From: Blastocystis sp. ATCC 50177/Nand II
Lineage: Eukaryota
Assembly (NCBI GenBank): GCA_039096935.1
Contig: JBBPEE010000035.1
Location: 372,001-436,000, forward strand
Length of the DNA stretch: 64,000 bases
Direction: 5' to 3'
Positions 44,127-57,362 of this stretch are shown one piece after another. The position numbers were made by a program, and so were the translations under genes. Each line of letters begins with the position of its first letter. The first letter of the stretch is position 1. Under the pieces are notes generated by a model. The model had not been told where the DNA came from. It was given only the letters and a program-made list of their open reading frames with translations, and ran no database searches.

Positions 44127-44448
44127 CTAGCCCCCGCGTTGTGTTTGAACGAGGAGAGATGTTCTGCGGAGAAGCTCCTCGTCCTCCTCGTCTTCCAGCG
44201 AATTGATCATATCCTCGAAGTCGATCAGAATGCTTCCAGCTCCAGTCAAAAGAACCGAGATGGCTCCCACTTGAACCTTCTGCAGCTAGTTCGTCATCCC
44301 ACGCCATCCTTGTGCGTACCTGAAGAGTACAGAGGCGTGTTGACTGCTTTGCCATCTTCACAAGCTGCGTAATTCTCTGGTTTTTCGCCATCATCTCGGG
44401 GAACGCAACGCTTATCGGGGACCCCATCGGTTTCGCTTTGAACATCAT
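44127..44448 (-). CDS. Small hypothetical protein
   Basis: Two exons joined across a GT-AG intron (LCTLQ|LQKVQ); no recognisable motif. Confidence 0.3.
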
Positions 44449-45134
44449 GGACGGAACGCCCTTCCTATGCAATCGTGGAATGCCTCCGTTCCTACATGGA
44501 TGCAGCGCGGAACGTCTGAAAACGCCCGAAATTTCGGGAAAAGGCTGAGAAGGCAGCGCGGGACATGGTCACGTTATAGAATGGGGCGAAACAAGAGTTG
44601 CCAAAAATCGGGCACATATTGGTTGCTTCCTTGGGAGGGGCGAAATGTCTGAATCTGCACAACCAGTCGATTGGAAATGCAAGCATAGCGAAAATGTACG
44701 TGTTTCTACCATTATTGTGGATGATGGGCTGTTTTGTTCCAATTTCTTGCCAAAGCAATGTACAACCACTAGATATACGTTTCCCCATGTTTCATCCCTT
44801 TTTCACCATCCCATTTCAGAACACTCAGCATACGACCATTGATTCAACACCTACAGTACTGCACATTCCTTGCCTCGATTGGGGTGAAGAATGCCTCGGG
44901 CGATAATGAAATGGGAGGGGCCGGATCCGATTTCCGATTATTCCAATGCTAAATAGGCCGTTCCTAGTTGGGAACCCCATACGGACTCTTCCTCCTTTTC
45001 GATTCACTGTCCAGAAACTATCTTCACAGAAGTAAGTGCTGATGCTCTGTTTTTTCCTATTCCCAGTGGAGCTGTTGGAGCGTGTACCGCTTCTTTTGGA
45101 ACAGCGTTTCTAATTCTTGCTGTAGAGGCGTATA

Positions 45135-45698
45135 ATGTCTAAGGCTGTTGCGAAGTTCTTCCCCGTCGAAGCTGCTGCTCCCGCTAAGGTCAACCCTTGC
45201 AAGCTGCGTGCTACCATTACCCCTGGAACTGTGCTCATCATTCTTGCTGGCCGCTTTGCTGGTAAGCGTGTTGTGTTCCTGAAGCAGCTTCCTTCTGGAC
45301 TTCTTCTGGTCTCTGGTACGGAGTGGCGTTGTTTTTCTCATGCGCAGGACCCTACCAGGTGAACAAGGTGCCTCTGCGCCGCGTGAACCAGGCCTACGTC
45401 ATTGCCACCTCCACCAAGGTCGATATCTCCAGCGTGAAGATCCCCGCTGCTGTTGATGACGCCTATTTCAAGGCCCCCGCCGTGAAGGCCCCCGAGCTCT
45501 TCACCAAGGAGTACAAGGTTGTTTGCTCTCGCCTCTCGTCATTCGTAGCCTGTGGTCTCTGAGGAGCGCAAGGCCAACCAGGAGGCTGTCGATGCTGAGC
45601 TGATGAAGTGCGTCGAGAAGGTCCCCATGCTGAAGGAGTACCTTCACGAGAGATTCACTCTGCGCAAGGGTGAGCGTCCTCATGATATGAAGTTCTAA
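45135..45698 (+). CDS. RPL6: 60S ribosomal protein L6 (eL6)
   Basis: [55 protein letters not shown]. Confidence 0.97.
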
Positions 45699-45768
45699 GC
45701 CACGGTATTCCTTTGTGTTGTGGATGGTTTTCTATATCTTCCGTTGTTTGTTCACATTCTTCTTCACG

Positions 45769-47106
45769 ATGTCTGTGGATGTGAGTGCGTGCTACAAAAC
45801 CACCCCGAACATTGCTCTCGTGAAATATTGGGGAAAGCGGGATGCGCAGCTCAATCTCCCTGTGAATTCCTCCCTCAGTCTCACTCTCGCCGATGTGCCT
45901 CCATACTTCACTTGTTCATTGCTAGAATGGAGTGCACACAATCACGAAGGTCCGAATTGCCGACGATTTGCAGACGGATGTGCTGGTGTTCAATGGAGTG
46001 TATCTTTCTATATTCCCGTTATTACCGATGTAGTGAAAAGCAGTTGTCAGAAGATACGAAGATCCAGAAGCTCGTACAGCGTTTTCGCGAGATTGCGCGT
46101 GAAAGGAGGTTCATTTCACATGGTCGTATTCACTAGCATAGTTCATCCGATATGGAGAAGCGAAATGCCTACGAGAAACTCGCGAATTGCTGCATCCGAA
46201 TCGAAACGATGAATTCCTTCCCAACCGCATCCGGTATGGCATCCAGCGCTTCTGGCTTTGCTTGTCTCGCGAAAGCGCTTGCCGATGCCTACGGCGTATT
46301 GAACACCGAGCAGGAAGAGTCAAAACTGAATGCGATCACACGGCAGGCGAGCGGCAGCGCCTGTAGGAGTTTGTACGGTGGACTCGTTCACTGGAAGAAG
46401 GGATCGAAGGCGGATGGTTCGGACTCTGTTGCTGTTGTCATTCCACGCTTTCTCTGATTCATAGCACCAAGTTGTGGACGAGACCTACTGGAGCACTCTT
46501 CGCATCGGCGTTTGCATCGTTTCTCACACCGTCAAGTCTGTCGGCAGCACCGATGGTATGAATCGCTGTGTTGCAACGAGTCCTGAAATGGAAATCCGTA
46601 AGACAGATTTCGTAGAGGAGCGCATTGCTGATGCGATCCAGGCTTACAAATCTCGTGACTTTGACAAGCTGGCATCCATCATCATGGCAGAGAGCGACGC
46701 CCTTCACTCCATCTGCCACTCGGCAAAGCCCTCCATCGAGTATTTGTCCAATCAGAGTTACTATGTCATAAATCTGGTCCATTTTATCAACGCCTTCTTT
46801 GGAAGGAATCTAGTGAGTTCTGGGGCGCTCCTTTCATGTAGGTTGCCTATTCGTTCGATGCCGGTTCCAACGCCTTTTTGTTTTTTGAGGAGAAGGACGA
46901 GAGTGTGCTGATTCCCATTCTGGCGACTCTTCTGAATCCCCAGGAAACGTCATTCTCATTGTATTGTTCTGTAGTACACGTGATATCTAGACCGCAGAGC
47001 ATCAATTCGCACGTTTCAGAGTGTATTGCGAAATGGGGAAGGGAGCCCATTTCAATCCGATCGTTTATCGCAACGCAAGTAGGATGTGGTCCTGTCCATT
47101 TGCCGT
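45769..47106 (+). CDS. MVD: Diphosphomevalonate decarboxylase
   Basis: [53 protein letters not shown]; stop probably T+poly(A). Confidence 0.93.
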
Positions 47107-47141
47107 GGTCTGTTTGTTCCCATTCAACACAATACTCCAAA

Positions 47142-50100
47142 TCAACTAAACCACCCCTTAAACACAGAAGAACCGTACTTCTTCATGAACTTTTCGTTCT
47201 CTTCAGAACTACACCTCATCCAACCTATTCATCCCCACTTCAGGTTCAGCAATTGCGAAATCGCGGGCATCAGCATCTGCTGTTCCGATCCGCTGCTATT
47301 GCACAAGAACTTCACGAGCGTATGACGCATGTACTGTAGATTCTCCTGGTTCTGCACTCCGCTCAGCATCTTCAAATCTCCCTCCATCTGCTCGATTCGT
47401 TCGTCCTTATGTTCGTTCTCCACTTGCAGAATCGACAGCGATCTACCCTTCATGTCGCCTCCCTCGTCTACTTTTCCTGCTCCGCCAGCCGTGTTCGGAG
47501 ATGAATGATTTCGTCCTTGAGGGATTGAATCTGTGTATGGGGGAGGGGTGAAATACCCAGGGGGTCCTCGCTCGTGTCGCCCAGGATGCTCAGAAGGTAG
47601 TTGGTGTGTGCTTGATTGTTCTCTGTTTCTGTTGTTTCCTGTTCCTGTTCCTTCTCTATCTCTTCCTCCTCTTCCTTCTCTTCCTCTTCCTTCTCTTCCT
47701 CTTCCTTCTCTTCCTCTTCCTTCTCTTCCTCTTCCTTATTCTCCTCCTTCTCCTCCTTCTCCATTACCTCCTCGTCCTTATTCTCCTCCTTCTCCTCCTT
47801 CTCCATTACCTCCTCGTCCTTATTCTCCTCCTTCTCTTCCTTCTCCTCTTCCTCCCTTCTTTCCTCCTTCATTTCCTCCACAACAACTCCCAACTTCTTC
47901 TCCTCCTCGCTGATACTCAGTTTCTGCTCCGTCTTCTCCTTCTCCTCCTCCGCCACCTTCACTCTCTCTTCCAACGCCTCCACACACACTCTCATTTCAT
48001 CTACTCCTCATCCCACTTCTCTTTCTTCACTCATTCTCTCCTTTAACGCCTCCACCTCCTTCTCTCTCTCCTCCAGCTCCTTCACCTTCTCCTTCAGCTC
48101 CGCCTTCTCCTCCTTCAGCTTCTCCGTCGCCTTCTTCTCCGCCTCCAACGCCTCCCTCTGCTGCGCAATCGTCTCGTTCTCCGTCTTCTTCTCCAACTCC
48201 TCCTTCTCCGTCTTCTCCTTCGCCTCCGCCACCTTCTGCTGCAGTTTCACCGTCGCCACACGCGTCTTTCGCTTGTACGCCTCGAACGACTCTTTCACCT
48301 CCTCCAGCTCCTTCTTCACACAGTTCGTCTCACGTGTCAGTGCCGCCAGCGCCGCACTGTTCGTGTTGTGGGCCTCCACCGGGATCTCTATCATCACTCA
48401 CACCGCGCACACCCACTGGCCAGAGGGAAGTACTTCTTCAGCGTCTCCAACAGCAGCCACTTGCACTTCGGCATCTCTACCCCTCACGCCCAACACTCGC
48501 CTCCACCCAGCGCCGCCGACTCCTTCGAGTGAAGCTGGCAGTAGCACATCTCCGCGCCGTTCACCACCACGTACTCCAACACCGTCACCGCTACATCTCA
48601 CATCATCACCCCATACCCACTCTCCGCGTCATGCGGCACACAGTCCATCTCGTACTCCTGCACCAAATCGTTCATCTGCTCCTTCAGTTCCGTGTTCTTG
48701 TTCGACAGCGTCGTGTTCAGGTCCAACAGCCGCGTCTCGTTCTTTCGTCTATCCCTCAACGCCCGCTGTTAGCATCACTTCAGACCCAACTCGTCGTTCT
48801 TGGCTTGAATCATCTGCTCGTTCACCTTCTACTCCTCACCCCTTCCCCAAAACACTACCTGGATTTGAGTCAGTTGCTCCACCTTCTCCTGCATTGCCAG
48901 CTACCCATTACCGTCTCCTCCTACCCTCACGAGCTGCGTGCTCTGCGTCTCGAGAGACAGAGAATGCTCCTCCTACACTCACACCCACACCCCATTCCCA
49001 CAATGTACTTCGTCTTCTCCTCCAACTCCTCCTGCAGCGCGTTCTACACTTCAGACTCCACCACCACCGCCACGATCGCCTCCTCCCTCTTCTTGTTCTC
49101 TCCGTTCACCGACAACTACTCATCACCTCATCACACCACCCCCACCAGCTCCGACTTCAGCTCCGCAATACTCATCAGCCCATCGTTCTACGCCTCACCT
49201 CTCTCTCCTTCTCCAACTCGCTCCTTCTCCAACTCGATGATCTTCTCGTTCAGCATCGTCTAGTCCTCATTCCTATCACTCTCTCTCACCTCCGCGTTCC
49301 GCTCTGCCATCGATCGCTTCACGATCGCGCGCAGCTGCGTCTCGCTCTCCGCCAGTGTCGCCTTCTCCTTCTCCACTTCCTGAAGAGATGCCTGGCAACG
49401 ATCCTTCTCCTCACATCCCCTTCACACCTCTACCAACTCCTCCTTCACGCCCTGCACCTGCGCCGCCTGCTCCGCCAGCTGGGTCTGTAACCCAAGCACT
49501 TCCTTCTGCTTCGCCTCCTACGCCATCACTCCTCTCACCTCACACCACGTTGTCCCTCTGCAGCGCGCCCACCACCTCCTCCAGCTGGTTCTACGGCTAA
49601 CCACCTCACAGCAGCCGCACCGTGGAGTTTTGGGTTGCCTCGGACTGTGACAGGGACTGCTTCAGCTCCTCCACCAGCTTCTTGTCGTCTTCCTGCTGCT
49701 GTTCCAAGGACCGGATGCGGTCGTTCAGCTCCGCCTCCTTCGCCGCGGCCGTCTCCAATGCCTTCTTCTGTTCTGCGTTGTCACACTCGGATGCCTTCTT
49801 CAGTTCTGACAGTTCGTTGGATTTCGTGACGATCTCTTCTTTCAATTTCGCCACTTCAGCATTCAGTTCTCTTTCTCGTTCCAATTCCTTCTCTTTCGAT
49901 TTCAAACTCTCTCTCAATTCTCCAATCTCATTGTTCAACTCCTCCAACGCTCTCTCGTTCTTACGCTTCTCTTCCTCATAGCCATTCTCCTTACCATTCA
50001 TTGAGTCTTTCAACGACTTCAATTCAGCATTCAGTTCCTCCACCTTCATCTCAGCTGCATTCTTCGCTTCCTTCAACTCCTCCATTTCTCTCTTATTCTC

Positions 50101-53100
50101 ATTATTTGCCTCATTCAACTCATTCTCTCTCTCCTCTCCACTCTTCTTCGCCTCCTCCAATACACTCTTCATTTCATTCAATTCTCTATCCTTCGCTTCA
50201 CAACTCTTCAACAACTCCTCTATTCTCTCTCCCATCGATACCTTCTCGGATTCACCCGCACTTTTCATTTCACTCATCTTCTTACTCAATTCTTCCATCT
50301 TCATCTCAGCAGCATTCTTCGCTTCCTTCAACTCTTTTCTCATCTCCTCCACCTCCTTCTCATTCACACTCTTCATTTCATTCAACTTCTTCTCTCTCTC
50401 TTCATAACTCTTCTTCGCCTCTTCCAACTCCTTTCTCATCTCCTGCTTTTCCTTCTCATTCTCATTCTTCATTTCATTCAATTCTCTATCCTTCGCTTCA
50501 CAACTCTTCAACAACTCCTCTATTCTCTCTCCCATCGAGGTCTTCTCGGATTCACCCACACTTTTCATTTCACTCATCTTCTTATTCAATTCTTCCATCT
50601 TCATTTCAGCAGCAGTCTTCACCTCACTCAATTCATTCTCCCTCTCCTCTCCACTCTTCTTCGCCTCCTTCAACTCATTCTCCTTCGCTTCACAACTCTT
50701 CTTTGCCTCCTCCAATTCCCTTCTCAACTCATTCACTTCCTGTTCATTCACGCTCATCATATCACCCTCTTTCTTCATTTCCTCAATCACCGTATTCAAC
50801 TCAGCAACCTTCGACTCATGCTGGTTCTTCTCCTCCTCCATTGCCTTCTCCTTCTCAGCCAGAGCCTCCTTCAACGCCTCCACCTCCTTCTGCCATTTCT
50901 GCTGCTCTTCTTCCGTCTGTCCTTTCTCTTCATTCCTCTTTGCATCCTTCGCCTCTCCCTCCTTCTTCATTTCCTCCATCGCATGAGTCAACTCAGCGAT
51001 CTTCTTCTCTCTTTCATTCTTTTCCTCCTCTCTCGATGAATACTCCGTCTTCAACTTCTCCATCTGGCAGTTCAACTCTTCAATGCGGGATTCCTTCTGC
51101 ATCTTCTCTTCTTTCCATTCGCTCTCCTTCTCGCTCATATCCCTTCTCAACTCTTCGATTGTCTTGGTCAGTTCTGCGTTGTCACACTCGGATGCCTTCT
51201 TCAGTTCTGACAGTTCGTTGGATTTCGTGACGATCTCTTCTTTCAATTTCGCCACTTCAGCATTCAGTTCTCTTTCTCGTTCCAATTCCTTCTCTTTCAA
51301 TTTCAAACTCTCTCTCAATTCTCCAATCTCATTGTTCAACTCCTCCAACGCTCTCTCGTTCTTACGCTTCTCTTCCTCATAGCCATTCTCCTTACCATTC
51401 ATTGAGTCTTTCAACGACTTCAATTCAGCATTCAGTTCCTCCACCTTCATCTCAGCTGCATTCTTTGCTTCCATCAATTCACTCTCCTTCATTCCTTGAC
51501 TCTCTATCGTCTTACGCAACTCTTCCACTCTCGATTCAGCAGCATTCTTCGCTTCCTTCAACTCGTTTTCCTTCGCCTCTCCACTCTTCTTCACCTCTTC
51601 CAACTCCCTTCTCAACTCCTCCATTTCTCTCTTATTCTCATTCTTTGCCTCACTCAATTCATTCTCCTTCGCTTCATAACTCTTCTTCGCCTCTTCCAAC
51701 TCCTTTCTCATCTCCTGCTTTTCCTTCTCATTCTCATTCTTCATTTCATTCAATTCTCTATCCTTCGCTTCACAACTCTTCAACAACTCCTCTATTCTCT
51801 CTCCCATCGATGTCTTCTCGGATTCACCCACACTTTTCATTTCACTCATCTTCTTATTCAATTCCTCCACTCTCGATTCAGCAGCATTCTTCGCCTCTTC
51901 CAATTCCTTTCTTATCTCCTCCACCTCCTTCTCATTCACATTCTTCGCTTCCTTCAACTCATTCTCCTTCTCTTCACAATTCTTCTTCGCCTCCTCCAAC
52001 TCCTTTCTCAGTTCATTCACCTCCTTTTCATTCACACTCTTCATTTCCTTCAACTCATTCTCCCTCTCTTCTCCACTCTTCTTTGCCTCCTCCAACTCCC
52101 TTCCCAACTCCTCCACTCTGGCCACGCACTGCTCGTTCTTCGCCTTCAGCTTGCACAGATACAGCACTCCCTGCGTCACCACCTCCTGCGCGTCCTCGCT
52201 GTCCTCGCCGCTCAGCGCCTCTGCCGGCACGCTGCCCAGCACCAGCTCCTTCTGCTCCATCGTCTTCTTCTCCAGAGCAGCCACACGCGCCTGCAGCCCG
52301 CACTACCGAATCATTCTCTCTCCACAGTTCGTACCGCCTTTTGCTGCTCGGACTCCTTCTCCTCAGTTAACGCCTTCACTCGGTTCTTCTACTCCATCAG
52401 CATGCAGAGACAAAGCAACTTCGTCCTCCACCTCCTTTTCCTTGTTGACGAGAATTGCCTTCATCTCCCCCAATCTAGGCATTACGCATCAAATTCATCG
52501 AGTGCAGTTTGTCTTTGTTGCTCTCGACGGCCTCCAGCGTCGAGCTCATCTCCGTCTACGCATTACGTTCATTCCATTTCACTACGATCCGATCCTGGTG
52601 TTCCTTGATTTCTCCTTCGAGACTACTCACTTTCGACGTTAGCTCCTCCTTCTCCTTCTACGCATTACTGCTTTTGCGAATGAACAACAAGGAGTCCATC
52701 GATTGTATTCTGCTCCGTGGTCGTTGTATTCTATTCATCAATCATCACTCCAAAGTCAACAGATACGCTCTGGTGAAGGGAATCGAGATCCTTCTTCAGT
52801 GTCTAGGATGATACTAGCAATACCAAGCGTACATCTCTTTCTGAAGCAATCTCACTATTTTTTTGGTTCAGCACCTTCTAGGGATAAAAAGAGGCAACCG
52901 TTGAGACGATCTCTTCTGTTAATGCCGCAATCTTCTACACGTTACGAACTACGCACAACAATACCTCGCTCATTTCGTTCTGACCCTCCTTCTCGGGAGA
53001 AGAAGCGGTTGACGCACCAGTCCCCTCCTTCAATCTTGCTACTTCCGCCTCAGCCTCCGTCTGTATGTATTAGGACAAACCAAATCCACATACAAGCTTC

Positions 53101-53265
53101 TCCCTCAACTTCTGCGCCGTCGCGTAGAGATTCTTAAAATCGGCTCTACATTTCTTCTACCTGATAAAGAACCTCCAAAGAGCCCACATTCTCTGTAACC
53201 TTCTTTGTCAGCACCTCGATCAGCTGCTCCTTGCTGTAATCCTGTAGTTGTTGATTTGCACTCAT
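47142..53265 (-). CDS. Very long coiled-coil GRIP-domain golgin (GCC2/GCC185-like)
   Basis: Multi-exon E/K-rich coiled coil incl. 892-aa exon ORF; C-terminal GRIP ENLQYMRHTLVKFL...LMPAISQLL; continuity of all exons not fully verified. Confidence 0.7.
49770..51465. repeat. Intragenic ~295-bp direct repeat (49770-50064 and 51171-51465) within a region of shorter reiterated units
   Basis: Near-identical copies 1,401 bp apart; one substitution seen. Confidence 0.85.
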
Positions 53266-53378
53266 TCACACGCTAGCAAATCAAGCACCGTTTGTTCTTT
53301 TGGAAACACCGAAATAACTTCAAATTCTGGAAATCGTTCCTCTGTAAAGAAAACAGTCAATCCAAAAGAGAAAACAGA

Positions 53379-55905
53379 TTAGCTTCGCTTCGAACGTCCC
53401 TTCTTCCTCGCAGTCTTGGCCTTTGGCTTCGTACTCGGCTTCTTCACCGCCCCCGTCTCATCATCATCCAGCATGGTTATGGACTGTCTCTTCTCCTCCG
53501 TCAGGTCCAGCTTCACTCTCTCCCTCTTTCTCCCTGACTCCCGAGACAGCATCGGCATGCCCAATCCGGTTGCCTTGCTTCCCGACAGCAGGCTGTCCAG
53601 CAGCCGTTTTCCCTCTTCTGCAGGGTCCTTTTCGTTGTTTGGCGATAGGATCTGCTGACTGGCCTGCTGAATCACCTTCTCTTGTTCCAGTGACTGCTTC
53701 ACCGACACACCCGACGGCGCAGGCTTCTCGCTCTGCAGCAGGTCGCTGAAGCTGGTGAACAGCACCTCCTGCTTTTTCGGCTCTCCGAACAGCGAATCGT
53801 CCTCCGCTTTGCTGTTGCTGCCCCCGGTCGACACGGTGAAGAAGGAGGACGCGGGTGACTTGGTGCTGGCTGTCTTTTCCAACTCGGTATTGTGCGCATC
53901 GGCCTTCTCCAACTCGGTTGGGTGTGTGTCTGTCTTCTCCAACTCGGTATTGTGCGTGTCGACAGCAGGGAGGGGCAGCGTGTGGGTGGTGGCGAGAGAA
54001 GTCACCACTTCGGAGGACACATCGGCGCAGGAGGCGTGTCGCGGCAGAAGGGAGTCACTCACATTCTCTTCCTTCTCCTCCTCCTTCTCTTCCTTCTCCT
54101 CCAGGAGATAATCCTGGGCGTTAGCTGTCTCTTTCTACGCGTCATTCAGGCGTCGCACACACACATAAACAATGAGATGGTCGATCCACTCACGCTTCAC
54201 CACCAACACCCCAAGCTTTCGAGCTGCCGCGATCTTCACGTTGTATTTCACGTGCTCTTGGCAAATCAGGGCATAGGTCGAGGGCGTTACACTGTTCTCC
54301 AACTTCCCGCCAAGTGCACTACAGATCACTTTCCATCCTCATCATCACATCACTAAACTCTCCATCTTCACCTTGTCATCGTATCCAAAGCCCGTCAGAC
54401 ACACCACGCAATCCTTCAATAACCGCGGGAAGGGACGATACAGCAGAGAGGAGTTTCGCGGCACTAGTTTCTTCATTTCCAGACACATTTTCAGCCACCT
54501 GGCAGATACCGCTCGATCGTCCCTGAACACGTCGGAATCCACGGTGCGCGGACACACCCAGTACATCGCCTTGTCCGGCTCGTCGACCACCTTACCGTCG
54601 TTGGCTTCGATGCTGCGCCGCACGGCGTCGGCGTCTCGTTTGAACTCCAGGACGCAGAAAGTGATGTTGGAGAAGAAGCCGCGACGCCACACGTAGGCGT
54701 CGATGTCGCAGACGCGGTAATTGGAGTGCGTGTCGTACACCCATTCCGTGTTGAGAATGGGGATGTGGGAGAAGTCGTCGGAGGCGGCGGCGTCGCTGGT
54801 GAGATGTGAGGAGCGGGCGGGTGGGTGAATCAGTTGGGTGACGGACTGGAAGTCGGTGAGCGTCTCGGCAATGATAAGACTGGTGGAGTGCAGGAGAGTG
54901 TCAATGCTATGGGGAAGGAGAGATGCTGAGGCTACCAGAAGGCGCCGTGGCCGCACAGAATCGACTGCACGCGCGTGTGGCTGGCGGGGTTGGCGATGGC
55001 CAGGAAGAAGATGTACCCGTCCAGAAGCAAGTCCACCTCTATGCATGACAGTCTGCCGTAGCAACCACCGCGCGTCCGAGCCACTGTCTTGTTCGGAGTC
55101 AGGTACTCTGTGTTTCACACCGCCACCTCACCCGAACCCTTCTCCAGCGGCTGGATCATGGACAGACACGAGTCGGTGAAGGAGGTCACGGCGGAATCGT
55201 CCTTCGCGCCGCGCTGCGATGGCGTGGCGGAGTGGGAGGTGAAGGCCGATTGCGGCTGCGTGTAGTTCTGGTAGTCCGATGGGTTCATCAGCTCTAGAAT
55301 GGATGGAAAAAGAAAATGCCTACTGCCGCAGCGCGTGCTGTCCTGAATCCAGTACTCATTCACGATGATCACCTTCTTCCACTGGATTGCGGTCAGATAC
55401 TTTTCACTCGTCGTGTTCCGTGCAATGAGGTAGTTTGTATGGTCGTAAACCAGCTCCCGCTCGAAGATCCCGCCATGCAGCTCCACCTCCGATTGGATGG
55501 TGTACCGTTCTTCTAGCCATAATTTCAACATTTGGGCAAAACGGAGGTCAAATCCAGTCGTCGTAACGACAATTCCCTCAAACAGTTTAAAGCGATAGTC
55601 TGAAACATCCTGCAACGTTCCACTATTGATGCTGTCGTAAATCCACTTAATGGGGATGATGTTGATTCCTCGCTCTCTCGCCAACTACGCCATGAGCAAA
55701 GTACGCTCCCATTACGAAATAGTTCCGAGATGCAACCCTCTTGATGATCAAATACGAAACATCTTCATCGAGAAACTCCTGGTATACACCGTTTTCCTTA
55801 TCAATCACCCTTTTCAATTGCTTCTATGCATCATCATCATTAGCTACCATCTACGGATTCTTCTGTAGTCAACTCATCCCCGCAGAAGTGTAGTTGAGTA
55901 AACAT
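53379..55905 (-). CDS. Multi-BRCT protein, TopBP1/Dpb11/Rad4-like
   Basis: Several BRCT repeats (IIPIKWIYDS, FEGIVVTTTG, VNEYWIQDS, LNTEWVYD, VSARWLKMC, VKREWID). Confidence 0.75.
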
Positions 55906-56082
55906 CACTGAATCGTTGCGCTTCCCCTTTCAATAGCAGCAATTTCACACAGCACAAAATGCAATTCAAATGCGGCTATCAAATCGATTCGAGTCCAATT
56001 CAACAATGAGCCACCAAAATAGCGGCGATTTCGCGACTGCTTTGAAGTGCCAATTCTGAGGTTAAGAGGAAGAGATAGCGTA

Positions 56083-56482
56083 ATGAGCAACGTGCTTCGC
56101 AGTGCCTCCTTGATAACGAGATGTGTGGTGTGCTGTAGATGCATAATATCTAGTCGTACGCAGAGCATCTACCGTTCCCTCGGTGAAGGTGGTTGCCGAT
56201 GACGTCCCGATTGTGGTGAAGCGGGCAGCAACCAAGGCAGTGAAGGAGGCTACGAAGTTGGAGAAATCAAAGCAGAGCCGCAGCACATTCAGCCAGAGAA
56301 TCACTCCCTTTTTGTGGGGCTTTGTGCTCATGTCTTTCGGCGGAATGTACCTCCTCAAGGAAGACTTGAAGAAGTCAAATATGGAGCTCAGCAAGGCACT
56401 GATGGCGGTGAAGAACGACAAGGACATGCAGCTTGTACAACTAGAGGATAGAATAGAGCAGCTGGAAGATGCGTTGAAATAG
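56083..56482 (+). CDS. Small hypothetical single-TM coiled-coil protein
   Basis: ORF 56183-56482 with TM PFLWGFVLMSFGGMYLL then coiled coil; start uncertain. Confidence 0.45.
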
Positions 56483-56562
56483 TTGTGTTTTCTATCACAA
56501 AGGAGTAAGTACAGTGTATCCAGGAGCAAAAGGAAAAGAGAGTCAACTGGAGTGAAAAGAAG

Positions 56563-56692
56563 AAAGGGATAAAAAAGCGACCTGCCGGGATTGAACCGGC
56601 GACCTCTCAATCTGCAATCGAATGCTCTACCACTGAGCTAAAGTCGCTTTGTTGTTTCCGATCCTCCAGTAACTTACTTGAGAGACAGAATT
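56563..56692 (-). repeat. 130-bp inverted repeat arm A (tRNA-Cys and flanks)
   Basis: Reverse complement of 56983-57112, one mismatch seen. Confidence 0.9.
56576..56647 (-). tRNA. tRNA-Cys (GCA)
   Basis: GCGACTT acceptor, TAGCTCAGTGG, TT-GCA-GA loop, GGTTCAATCC, T-run terminator. Confidence 0.93.
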
Positions 56693-56982
56693 CGACGAAA
56701 ACGAGGGGAGAAGACAGGTAATTCAAACCCTAAACAAACTCACTTCCATGTATACAATCATATCGCTGAAGAGAAATGGATTTGTGGGAGATCTCATTGA
56801 TAGGAGGAAATGATATCATTTCCTGTATCCACATGTCTTACGGTAGTGATTCGAATTGCCGGAAGGGGTTTCAACTGAAATGGACAGTGAAGAGAAGAGA
56901 GCATTCCCAACGAACATATTCCCCCATTGCTGATCACGTAGAGGGGATGGAATGCATCGCTGTTATCGAAGCGAAACACAGT

Positions 56983-57112
56983 AATTCTGTCTCTCAAGTA
57001 AGTTACTGGAGGATCGGAAATAACAAAGCGACTTTAGCTCAGTGGTAGAGCATTCGATTGCAGATTGAGAGGTCGCCGGTTCAATCCCGGCAGGTCGCTT
57101 TTTTATCCCTTT
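56983..57112 (+). repeat. 130-bp inverted repeat arm B
   Basis: Reverse complement of 56563-56692. Confidence 0.9.
57028..57099 (+). tRNA. tRNA-Cys (GCA)
   Basis: Identical inverted copy of 56576-56647. Confidence 0.93.
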
Positions 57113-57362
57113 TCGATTCAGACCCCCTCTTTCCTTTTTTGCAGAATTCCGATTAGAGAAACTGTTCACAGGCCATAGACGCAGTTGGAATGAGAAAACG
57201 AAATCGAAACTGATGTGCGGATGACTTTGATCGTTCCGATGAGTGGGCATACGAATAGGGAATGAAGTGGAATCGATTTAAACAGGAACAGAGTCCCATT
57301 TGGGAACAAAACCAGGGCTTTCCAGAACTTCTGCATTATTTCTTTGTACAGTGGATCACAAG

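Noticed and set aside
44467..44910. Several short ORFs upstream of RPL6
   Set aside because: No consistent exon chain or recognisable product
53860..53960. Three 30-bp tandem units, and 39-bp units at about 47740-47835
   Set aside because: In-frame coding repeats without unique spacers; not CRISPR or regulatory arrays
56724..56734. Telomere-like AAACCCTAAAC
   Set aside because: Single unit, expected by chance
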